NCBI RefSeq assembly: GCF_004010195.1
Contig: NC_057719.1
Span: 50,014,302 to 50,078,301 of the forward strand
DNA length: 64,000 nt
Direction of reading: 5' to 3'
DNA from: Chiloscyllium plagiosum
Taxonomy: Eukaryota
In this document: positions 13,960-25,790 of the stretch, in pieces
How positions within the stretch are numbered: the stretch's first letter is position 1
Layout of the letters: every line of letters starts with the position of its first letter
Translations under genes and position numbers: made by a program
Notes under the pieces: model-generated
What the model saw: the letters and a program-made list of their open reading frames with translations, nothing else
What the model was told of the DNA's origin: nothing
Database searches by the model: none

Positions 13960-14268
13960 GGGCGGCACGGTGGCACAGTGGTTAGCACTGCTGCCTCACA
14001 GCGCCAGAGACCTGGGTTCAATTCCCGCCTCAGGCGACTGACTGTGTGGAGTTTGCACGTTCTCCCCGTGTCTGCATGGGTTTCCTCCGGGTGCTCCGGT
14101 TTCCTCCCACAGTCCAAAAATGTGCAGGTTAGGTGAATTGACCATGCTAAATTGCCCGTAGTGTAAGGGGCAGGGGTAAAATGTAGGGGAATGGGTCTGG
14201 GTGGGTTGCGCATCGGTGTGGACTTGTTGGGCCGAAGGGCCTGTTCCCACACTGTAAGTAATCTAATC
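13960..14268 (+). mobile_element. HE1-type tRNA-derived V-SINE
   Basis: A-box tggcacagtgg, B-box ggttcaattcc, V-domain 'tgtgtggagtttgcacgttctccccgtgtctgc..gggtttcctccgggtgctccggtttcctcccacagtcc', CR1-like tail and taatc repeat. Confidence 0.9.
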
Positions 14269-15105
14269 ATGACACTAAAATAGGTGGAGTAGTGGACAGT
14301 GTGGAAGAATGTTGCAGGTTACAGGGGGACTTGGGTAAACTGCAGAATTGGGCTGCGAGGCTGCAAATTGAGTTCAATGCAGATAAATGTGAGGGGATTC
14401 ACTTTGGGAAGAATAATAGGAAGCCCAGAGTACTGGGTCAATGGAATGATTCTTGGTAGTGTGGAGGGGTAGAGGAATCTTGGTATCCATGTACATAGAT
14501 CCCTGAAAGTTGCCACTCAGGTTGATAGTGTTGTTAAGAAGGCATACAGTGTTAGGTTTTATTGGTAGAGGAATTGAGTTCTAGGGCCGTGATGTCATGC
14601 TGCAACTATACAAAACGCTAGTGCGGTCTCACTTGGAATATTGTGCACAGTTCTGGTCACCCCATTACAGGAAGAATGTGGAAGCATTGGAAAAGGTGCA
14701 GGGGAGATTTACCAGGATGTTGCCTGGTCTGGAGGGAAGGTCTTATGAGGAATGGCTGAGATACTTGGGTCTGTTCTCATTGGAGAGAAGAAGGCTATAA
14801 GATGATCAGAGGATTAGATAGGATGGACAGCGAGAGTCTTTTTCCTAGGGTGATGATGTTGGCTTGTATGAGAGGGCATAGCTGCAAACTGAGGGTAATA
14901 GATTTAAAACAGATATCAGAGGCAGGTTCTTTACTCAGAGAGCGGTAAGGGCGTGGAATGGCCCTACCTGCTAATGTCGTTAACTCAGCCATGTTAGGGG
15001 CATTTAAACAGTTCTTGGATAAGCATATGGATGATGATGGGATAATGTTCGGGGATGGTTTAGATTAGTTCATAGTTTGGTGCAACAACGAGGCCCAGAG
15101 GGACT

Positions 15106-15673
15106 ATAGACAATAGACAATAGGTGCAGGAGTAGGCCATCCAGCCCTTCGAGCCTGCACCGCAATTCAACATGATCATGGCTGATCATTCCTAATCAGT
15201 ATCCTGTTCCTGCCTTATCTCCACAACCCTTGATTCCACTATCTTTGAGAGCTCTATCCAACTCTTTCTTAAATGAATCCAGAGAGTGGGCCTCCACTGC
15301 CCTCTGGGGCAGAGCATTCCACACAGCCACCACTCTCTGGGTGAAGAAGTTTCTCCTGAGCTCTGTCCTAAATGATCTACCCCGTATTTTTAAGCTGTGT
15401 CCTCTGGTTCGGCACTCACCCATCAGCGGAAACATGTTTCCTACTGCCAGAGTGTCCAATCCTTTCATAATCTTATACGTCTCAATCAGATCCCCTCTCA
15501 GTCTTCGAAACTCAAGGGTATACAAGCCCAGTCGCTTCAGTCTTTCAGTGTAAGGTAATCCTGCCATTCCAGGAATTGACCTCGTGAATCTACGCTACAC
15601 TCCCTCAATAGCCAGAATGTCTTTTCTCAAATTTGGAGACCAGAACTGCACACAGTACTCCAGGTGTGGTCTT
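15106..15673 (-). mobile_element. CR1 LINE 3' end nested in the tail of the larger CR1
   Basis: ORF 15196-15567(-) is a CR1 C-terminus. The host tail resumes at 'ggactgttctgtgctg', with short ggact repeated on both sides. Confidence 0.88.
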
Positions 15674-18005
15674 CTGGACTGTTCTGTGCTGTATTGTTCT
15701 ATGTTCTATGTTTAGTTTCTCACAGTAAAAGTCTTAGAACTTGAACACTTGTGTAATTTATTTAAGATAGTGGGAACTCAAATCTCATTGAAATATATTA
15801 GCCTTTATATAAATTTCAAAAAATAATAAAGTAAACAGATGACAGTTTAGAAGGAAGAGCTGGAAGAAGAGAGAACAAAAGGAGGACAGAAGATAACCAA
15901 CAACTTTTTTTTGGTTAGGCTGTTTGTGATTGACAAATCTGACAGTAAAAACAGTAAATAAAGCTTCAAATTCCCATTCAAAGTCCCACATCTTAGCCTA
16001 AATTACTACCCATCACTTTGCTAAAAATGCAAAATTAAAAGCCAAAACAAAATAAATATTCCAATGTAAATTTAAAATTCAAACCATGTCACAGTACATA
16101 CAAATGTGATCTAAGCACTCATATGCAGTTCCTTAGTGCCTGTTCTCCCCTTCTTTACCGAGATCGGTGTTCCTATATGCTTTTACAAAGGGAGATTGCA
16201 AGTAGCCTTGCAGGGTGATTTTGAACAGCTCTAGATGGCACAATTACGGTAATGGAAACAGCAGTGTAGCCTGGCTGGTTGATGACATCTGTCAGGGTTC
16301 TGGCAGGCAGGAAGAAGGAAGCTATAATCCTGAGAGAGGACAGGGTGAATGACCATAACTCCTCTGGGTGGTGCCTCAGCAATTTTTGTGTTCTGTTAGA
16401 GGGCACATTGCTGGAATACTGTGGCACTCTGCAAGTCTCTTTGAACACTGGAATCCTCAGTTACACTGTCTGAGCTTGTAAGATGTCACAGCAAGCTTGC
16501 AGGAAAGTCGTCTGAGTATACAAGTCTTAGGACTTAGGTGACTGCTCCTTTTGCTGGAATGGAAGTTGAATCATCAACCGTTACATGTTGCATCACGGTT
16601 GGGTCAATAATGTACAGAGGATTTAACCACCATTTCCACAAAAGTAGGACTGGATCCAAGTTCTTCATACAACCCTGTGTCAAATTTGTGCTGGACAGCA
16701 GTATGTTCTTTGTCATTGACTACATGCTTTCTTCAACTCTGCTGTTGAACCAGGCAGTTCAGTGTGCGTAGCCATTAGCCTTCTTCTGTTGGTCACTCCA
16801 TCAAAGGATTCAGCTGACTCTCTTGCAGCAAAACCATGTACAACTTCACCGTCCTGTGAAGTGGCACCTGAGCTACCCTTGACCTGTGCTCGAGGTGCAG
16901 ATCAACTGTACCCAGAGTCTCACCATGTGACTAGTCTGTATAAGTTCTAATGTATGCTCCAATTGGCTTTGGCAAACATGAGAGTGATCTCAGTGATTCC
17001 TTTTTATTACTGACTTCTCTCTTGTCCACTACTGTCTGGCCAGGTTATAGTTCTTGGATGTCTGAAAGGAGAAATGTACAAGAGTATGGCTGTGGTGAGA
17101 GCTCCATGGAATTTGAAGGAAAAGAGATGCATGTTTACAGCATCTGCAGCTTGTATGAGAATATGGGATGTGAGGAAGAGGATTTGGGGTAAGGGTATTG
17201 AACTCTTTATTGGCTTAAACCAATAAAGAGTTCAACACTCTTATCCCAAATCCTCCAGGCTTCTGGTCACAGCCTGATTGCTCCAGAGTTGCAACGAACG
17301 ATTTTCTATCAAGGTGATGACATTCATTACCTGTTCCTTGCTGGTAAGGTGGCATTGTCTTCCATTATGTGCCACCTTACCCTGTCAGTGAGAGGGAATT
17401 GTATCTGTGAGTATAGTGCAATCTGTTTGAGTGATGTATATGTCATTGGGTATGTGTGTACAACCTGAGATGTGGATGTGAGGGTTACGGAAATTCCATG
17501 TATATAAGGATAATGTGAAGCAATGAATTTGAGGGGGCATGTCATGCTTATGGTCAATTTGTTTGCAGATGAGTTTTACAGATGTAGTGTATTGAGCAGT
17601 ATGGGAAGTTAGTGACATGCAACAAAGGATGTAACATTTGAAGATACACTCTCTGATCTTGAATGGTGTAATGATATTGTGGCTTTAAGAAGTTATTTTG
17701 TCCTGGTTTTATCTGGAATGCAACACTTTAAAGTAAGAAAATGTTAGTGTCTAGACTACCTTCTAAATATTTGAAGGGATTTGGTCTGGTTGATAATAAT
17801 GGGCATTGGATTTTTTACAGATCTGTATCTAAATTCTTGGGACTAGAATCTTGGTATTGATAGCCATAGCTATCTGTTCACACTATCTACCCACAATTTG
17901 AAAGCTGGTCTCATACCCCCACCAGTGGACAGAGGACTTCTTGCATCCTATTCAGCTCACTCTCTTTCAAGCACACACACACACACTCACACACACTCAT
18001 ACGCA

Positions 18006-18328
18006 GATTAGATTAGATTAGATTCCCTACAATGTGGAAACAGACCCTTTGGCCCAACAAATCCACACCGACCCTCCGGAGAGTAACCCACCCAGTCCCA
18101 TTTCCCTCTGACTAATGCACCTAACACTATGGGCAATTTAGCATGGCCAATTCACCTGACCTGCACATCTTTGGACTGTGGGCGGAAACCGGAGCACCCG
18201 GAGGAAACTCACGCAGACACGGGGAGTTTGTGCAAACTCCACACAAACAGTTGCCCGAGGCTGGAATCAAACCCGGGTCCCTGGTGCTGTGAGGCAGCAG
18301 TGCTAACTACTGAACCATCGTGCCGCCC
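18006..18328 (-). mobile_element. HE1-type V-SINE
   Basis: Reverse complement of the 13960 SINE, with a (gatta)n tail. Confidence 0.9.
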
Positions 18329-18800
18329 AGATACATTCTATTTTGTTCAAAAAACACGTGATCTGTAGACACTCAGTCAATGTGTCATTTTATAAATTCC
18401 TACTTTGGAAATAAAACCAGTCTGACTCCAGGTTGAGATACAAACGGACTTGAAACATAGCCTCACATCTAAAATGCATTGTCTGACCTGATGTGTCACC
18501 CTTATTCTGATAAAACCTGAAGTTATCTTGGGGCAGTGACTTAAAAGAAATTATGGGATTTTCATATTTATCAATCGAAACCTGCACCTCCACTCTAACT
18601 GATTAAAGATTTAATAGCCATCTAGGTATGTTCAATACATTCACATAAGTTGTATGACCCTTTGATTTTTTAAATTTCTTGTCTAATGTATGTTCTCAGT
18701 AGCTGCCTGAGGAAAGAGGCGGGGCTCTGAAAGCTTGCAGTTTCAAATAAACCTGTTGGATTAGAACATGGCATCATGGGAGCTTTGACTTTGTCCTCCC
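18329..18800 (+). mobile_element. Degenerate Penelope 3' UTR/pLTR
   Basis: Similar to 6720-7150, including a decayed ctgaggaa...gaaagc motif and aataaacctgttgga. Confidence 0.55.
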
Positions 18801-19287
18801 TTTTAAGAGGCAAAGGCTAGTTTTAAGTAGTGTTGTTAACCTCTTACAATTCTGCACTTCCCATTATTACCTGTTCCTTTCCTCACTGTCTACTTTGTCC
18901 ACTCCTCCCTTATTAAAAAGTATATTGAGAAGTCCTCCTATACACAAAACGTTCGATTAATTCAAGTTGTTGATTTGTTCTAACTGAGACTTCAGGCCAG
19001 AAAAATGTGACTCTGTAAAATAGTAGATTTTAACTAAACTACCATTTCAGTCACCTGAAAAAATTTCAAGCATAATTTAGTTTATACTAATAACTTAGAT
19101 CAAAATTAGGAGCTTAAAGATGGATTTAAATGATTAAATGGAAAATGATGTTTCCTATACTGCTGACATAGTCAATGTGTGATCTGTAGAACTTAGTCAG
19201 CACATTGTTTCTAATGCTAAACTAAGACATCCCAGCTTTACACAATTACTTGTATGTGCCAGAGAAAAATTTATTTACTTTTTATCG

Positions 19288-20863
19288 TGACCATGTCTAC
19301 CACTCTGCCCTCATCAATCCTTTTCGTCACAAACTCAAAAAATTCAATCAAGTTTGTAAAACACCATTTCCCATGCACAAAGCCATGCTGATGATCCCCA
19401 ATCAGTCCTTGTCTCTCCAAATGCATATAATTACTAGCTCTCAGAATCTCCTCCAACAACTTACTCACTACTGATGTCAGATTCACTGGTCTATAGTTCC
19501 CAGACTTCGTCATACAACCTTTCTTAAACAAAGGCACACATTGGACACCCTCTAGTCCTCTGGAACCTCACCCACAGCTGTAGATGGTACAAATATCTCT
19601 GCTCAGGGCCCTGCAATTTCTTCCCCAACCTCCCACAATATCCTGGGATACACTTCATTAGGTCATGGAGAGTTATCCACCTTTATGTTTTTTAACTTAT
19701 GAATTTTAGTAAGTCTTTGACAAGGTTCCACATGGTAGACTAATTAGTTAGATCATATGTGATTCAGGCTCAGCTTGCTAATTGAATACAAAATTGGCTT
19801 GACAGTGGGAGAGAGAGAGGGTGGTGATGGAGGACTGTTTTTCAAACAGGAGGTCTGAGGCCAATGATCTACAAGGATTGGTGCCGGGTCCACTTTTGAT
19901 TGACATTTATATGAACAATTTGGATGAGAATTTAGGAGGCAACGTTAGTAAGTTTGTGGATGACACCAAAATTGGGGTATAGTTGACCGTGAAGAAGGTC
20001 ATTTAAGACTACAAAGGGAGCTTGATCAATTGGGCTAATGGACGAAGGAGTAGCAGATGAAGTTTAATTTTGATAAATGCAATGTGTTGCTTTTTGGTAA
20101 AACAAACAAGGACAAGACTTACACATTTAATGTTAGAGTCCTGGGCAGTGTTGTTGAATCTAGGGGTTCAAGTACACAGTTCTTTGAAAGTTGTGTCAAG
20201 GTAGACAGGATGGATAAAAAGGTATTGAGCATGCTTGCCTTTATTGTTCAGTTTACTGAATATAAGAGTTTGGACATCATGTGAGGTTGTACAGGACGTT
20301 GGTGAGGCCACTTTTGGAGTACTGTGTACAGTCCTGGTCACCCTGCTTTAGGAATTATATTATTAACTTGGAGAGGGTTCAGAAACAGTTTACCAGGATA
20401 TTGCCGGGACTGGAGTGTTTGAATTATAAGGAGAGGCTGGATAGGCTGGGACTTTTTATTTCAGTGGAGCATAGTGGATTGAAGGATGACCTTGAAGAGG
20501 TTTATAAAATCATGAGGGTGTAGATAAGGTGAATGACAAGGGTCTATTCCCTAGGGTTGAGGAGGAGTTCAAAACTAAGGGGTGCATTTTTAAGGTGAGA
20601 TGAGGAAAATTTAGAAGCGACTTGAGGGCATTTTTTTTCACACAGAGGCTGGTTCATATGTGGAATGAACTACCAGAGGAAGTGATAGATGCAGGTAGGT
20701 ATAGTTACAACATTCAAAAGACATTTAGAAGGGGACATGAATAGGAAAGATTTAGAAGGATATGGGCCAAACGCAGGCAAGTGAGGCTAGTTTAATTTGG
20801 GAAACTTGATCAGCATAATGAGTTGGACCAAAGGGTCGGTTTCTGTGCTGTATGACTCTATGA
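19288..20863. mobile_element. CR1 LINE with 5' inversion (19288-19690 minus; 19697-20863 plus)
   Basis: The minus piece ends 'IDEGRVVDMV' and the plus piece begins with a degenerate 'MNFSK.FDKVPH'. These are contiguous RT sequence. Confidence 0.85.
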
Positions 20864-23384
20864 TCCTCTGACGTTTTCTGGAGCTGTTAGTCATTACTGA
20901 TCGCCTCTGTGAAGTATCAAACTCTAATCTCTCTTAAATAGCTGTTGAGGCTAGATCAATTGAAACTTTCAAAACTGAGGTTGATATGTTTTCATTAGAC
21001 AAAGCTATTATGGTTAATGGAATTGAGGCTGGTAAATGATGTAGTCAAACTGTGGAATAAGCTCAAGGGGCTAAGTGATATACTCATGTTTTTATATTCC
21101 AGACACTGGAACTACTGGTCTGAAACCACTGGGGTAATTTCTTATTTATTCAGCCTATAAGATAATTTCATTACTTAGGGGTTAGGTCACTTCAAAGCTA
21201 CATTTAAAGGACTAACCTCTTCAAGGATTGCAGGATTTGCTTGCCATAAAGCTGCAGAATCCCTGGAATAGCAGCTCAAATATGAAGGGCAGTTTTAATA
21301 GTTGGTATATATTTGCTTGAAGTGGATTTTCACAATTCTTTGTCATAATGTGAAATATAATTTCAAAATCTACTAACATGCAAATAGGTTGCTTAATGGT
21401 AAACATTAAACAAAGCATTTCATATACTCATGAGGAGCACACACATAGTTTTCTTATTCTTGCAAATCCTTCTCACTCACACAATTTAGTTCATATTCCC
21501 ACCAGCACCACTTTCTGTTTTCTTATATTTTACAACAATGATGAGTATAACAAATGAAAAATAGCATGGTCATGCAATTTGCTGATTTTTATCTTCCTTC
21601 AGACTAAATTGATAATTTAATGCATCGGAGAGAATAAAAGAGTGAATCTCCCAAGATGTAGCACGTGACAGATCAGAGGTTGTGGTCTCTTTCTTTTATC
21701 TTCCTTTGCTGGCATCATTTTCTCGTTAAGGTCTCCATTTTTAACTCCTTTTCGCTTTTATTATGCTTCTCTCTCCTGGCTACTGTTATTGTTTCATTTT
21801 CTATTCTTTTGTTTTTCTATCTTCTTCTGTCATTTTGATCAGGAGATTCTGGGCATGACACAGTATTGCTGCCAATGCCTCCAGGCTACTTTTTCCATTA
21901 GAGGATACAGGCAAAGTATAAACTGCAGCCCTCCTTCTCTCCCATAGCTCACAGCACAGTGTTCAAATCTCCATTCACCCTTCCATTCCTGTTATCCTCC
22001 TACCACAAGCTCAAATGCTACCCAATGCTGTACCGTTACATACAACCCTCTCCTTTGATTTGTTGTTTATCTTACCTTACAGCTTAATTTGTTCTCTCTT
22101 CAATCCCTCTCCAGCTCATAGATCTGAAACCCAACATAGAAACCAGGATGGGACTCCCAACCCTCACAGTCTGGATTGGACCATTACCAAACACAGCAAG
22201 GTCAAAGCCACAACATCGCCAGCTTTCCCAACTCCCAGGGATCAAGAAGCAGTCCTATCACCCAGACTCCCACCTACTGTCATGTGGAGGACACACATAG
22301 TGAGAGAGAGGTAAAGTTAAAAGATATATTCTGCTATAAATGAAAGCTTATAAAAAAAGTTAATTCCTTTAAACACTGCAAAATAAAGTTCACACTGTCT
22401 GAGCACAGGACTCTGCATATAAGATCTCAATTCTCCATACAACAACAAAAAGAATCTTTGATTTGAGATACACATCAAAAGTTGCAGAGTAACACATCTT
22501 TCTTGAAAACTGTCTGGAAAAGCACCAAAGGTATTTCAGACAAGGGGCTTATCCTGAAAGCATGACACCTGTCCTCAACTGGAATATTAGAATGTCGGTC
22601 ACCAGAAGAACCATAGTATAATCGTAAATCACAGACTCATGACCAGTGAAAACTGACCACTGTTATGTTGCAGTTTGGGTAGTTTGCTGCTATCAGTCCT
22701 TCTTTTGGAGTCAAGGGTCTGTTTATCAGTGGTAAAGGACTGACGGTTAGTTAAAATTCCATAACCTTCATAGAAACCCAGACCAGCAGATTTCCCTGTT
22801 GCTGCTAAGCCTTAAATTATCAGACTTTTTAGGGATAGGGCTTATTTTTTAACATTTTAATACATTGACCACGAGGAATGGGGATGGGGGTATGGTTAGC
22901 AGCAACAGGGAAACATACTGGTCTGGATTTCCATGAATTATTTTAATTTCAGATTAGTTTCCTTTCAAGAATAGAGTATCCATAGACTTTACGTTATTTT
23001 GCTGTGGTAGAGGCAGTGTTCCAAAAGTATTAGAAATAAAATTACAATTGTATCTAATATTGATTTAGACACTAGATTTCAGCTGAAAAGGAACAATAAT
23101 CTATTTTCAGAAGAAAGCCAACAGATAATTATGTTGTCCACATTTCATTTTTATAGAGTCTAAATGTACTGTTACTTCAGTTGCAATGTAGTCTGAGGAG
23201 AATAGTAATTTTAACAAGCTTCTGTTTAGTCTTCCAGATATCCCCCCATAATCCCTACATTTTTCAAAAGGTCAGGGATAATTTGACAATCAAAAGACAG
23301 TCTGCCCCAAATTTTTCTCAACATGTCATGAATCTGTGGAATTTACTACCCCAGAGTGTAGTGAATGCTGTGATTACATAGATA

Positions 23385-24105
23385 GACTTACATAGAAAAG
23401 TACAGCACAGAACAGGCCCTTTGGCCTACGATGTTGTACTAAGGTTTAATCCTAATGTAAAATATAGTAACTTAACCTACGCACCCCTCAACTCACTGCT
23501 ATCCATGTGCATGTCCAGCAATTGCTTAAATGTCCCCAATGACTTTGCTTCCACCACCACAGCTGGCAACACATTCCATATATTCACAACTCTATGCATA
23601 AAGAACCTACTTCAGACGTCGCCTTTAAACCTTCCACCTAATATCTTCAAACTATGACTCCTCGTACCAGTCAATCCTGCCCTGGGGAAAAGTCTCTGGC
23701 TATTGACTATCTATTCCACTCATTATTTTGTACACCTCGATCAGGTCTCCTCTCTTTCTCCTTCTCTCCAGAGAGAAAAGTCTGAGCTTATTCAACCTTT
23801 ATTCCTGAGGCAAGCCCTCCAGTCCAGGCAGCATCCTGGTAAACCTTCTTTGCACCTCCTCCAAAGCCTCTGTATTTTTCCTATAATAGGGCGACCAGAA
23901 CTGGACACAATATTCCAAGTGTGGTCTCACCTGGGACTTGTAGAGCTGCAGCAAAACCTCGTGGCTCTTAAACTCGATTCCCCTGTTAATGAAAGCCAAA
24001 ACACCATATGCTTTCTTAACAACTCTATCCACTTGGGTGGCACCTTTGAGGGATGTATGTACTAGCACACCCAAATCCCTCTGTTCCTCCACACTGCCAA
24101 GATAT
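23385..24105 (-). mobile_element. CR1 LINE 3' fragment
   Basis: ORF 23799-24182(-) '[20 protein letters not shown]'. Confidence 0.88.
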
Positions 24106-25790
24106 TGAGTAACTCTAAGGAGGAGACAGATTGAAATAGCAGCAGGAATGCCAATGTTGCCCACAGCCAGTGTACATTGCATATGTAAATAAAGGGAATG
24201 TTGGTGATGGGATACTGGCCTCTGTGCAGCTATTTCACAGACACAGTTTTACTTAGTAATAGATTGAAGGGTTATTGGAGAGTGAGCAGCAAAGTGGAGT
24301 TGAGGCTAAGATGAGATCAGCCATGATAGTATCAAACAATGGAAATGCTCAAGGAGCTGAAATGCCTATTCCTCCTCCTAGTCCTTATGTTCTTATCTTT
24401 CCCATTTCGCTGTGCTACTTTGTAATCTTTTGCATATCTTCTTCTGAATTCATATAACATTTCTCAATAGATATATGCTTCATATAAATTAGTAAGGCAA
24501 AACAACTAAATATTGAAGAATGTTTGCTTTCTCCATAATAAGTGGACTTCCATTTTTAGTTTCCCCAATAAGCTATATTTACTTCATTCATGCACTACCG
24601 TCCATAATGGAAGATCTGCTGCATGTTTCCAGCAAGGTCTTGCCTCCCTTCTGTTTAAATACCTACATTCAGGAATGACAAGGACACCTTCCTGGGGAAA
24701 GCATAACTTCAAAATCAAAGGCACATCGTGCAGACTGTTTTGATCAAGGTCTATCCAGGCTCCAACTACCAGGCAATAGGTCAGGATAAACAATTTACCT
24801 CACTGATAAATGCAGTCATAGTCACAGTGTGTTGTATTTTAAAATCAACTTACTGATTTACAAGTGGCTTCAACTTTCAAGTGCATAAAAACAGAAGAAA
24901 TTCACGTAGGGATTTGCAGGAAATCTAACTAGTTCACACATTTAGGACTACATTCTTTTGACACCTCAACTCATGTATCACTTAGCTAAAACTTTGGATC
25001 ATAAAGGACTTGGAATTAGTTTATTGGATAGCTCAGTGATGTTGAGCCAGACAGAATATTTAGTGCAGACTTAAAATCTGTAAGACACGTGAGATATGAG
25101 TCAAACATTCCACAATTTATTCACATGACATGACCAAAGAAGCCATAAGTAAATTTCTGTATCAAATGGAGAGTACTGAATGGATCAATGGTACTTCAAT
25201 GCATGGTTTCATACAGTGACACCGTTTAGATCAGGTTTTATTGAACAATCTTTTAAATTATTTTATCTGCTTTTATGTTTCACTCTATATATCACAGAGA
25301 ATTTCATGGTCAAGAAACTAAATGCAGGTAGGCAACCTGATCTTAAACTATTAATAAGTGAAAGATGAAATGATATAAATTTAATGCACCAGCAAATTAG
25401 ATTTACACAGTCATATTCACAAAAGAGAGAGGCTTGAAATATAGTACTTCAGTTCATGTAGGGTTGAAATATGACGTCAAGTGCTATGATATAATTGAAT
25501 AATAAAAATCCTCGGTGAAATGAAAGAACATCATTCATAGGATAGCTATTATCTTATCGTGCTTGAAAAATATGTGGATCCAGTCTGACAGAAATGGGAT
25601 GACATCAATGCATGTTCAGCATAAATCAGCAACTAATTTTCACAATTTCCACCAGTAATACATTGTAGCAGAGAACATTAAATTCCATTGTAGGTTACAT
25701 GTACAAAATTCAAGTATAATCCTGTATTTTGTGCTTCCTACTGATTTGCATGCCAATTCTATAACAATATAAGATTAAACATTTAGCAAA

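Larger units (their letters stand above)
10950..15710 (+). mobile_element. Near full-length, decayed CR1 LINE (ORF1 zinc finger and esterase; ORF2 APE and RT) with nested insertions
   Basis: 'CRKCTQL' zinc finger, 'LVIGDSIVRG' SGNH-esterase motif (ORF 11314-11514), 'G.FNFPNIDW' APE motif, 'KSPGSDGIYPR...NYRPVSLTSVVGK', 'FADDTK' split by the SINE insert, and 'HLEYCAQFWSP'. The gttctat terminal repeat is at ~15695-15710. Confidence 0.92.

Noticed and set aside
13960..14030. tRNA gene
   Set aside because: The A/B boxes are the head of a SINE, continuing into the V-domain and LINE-like tail.
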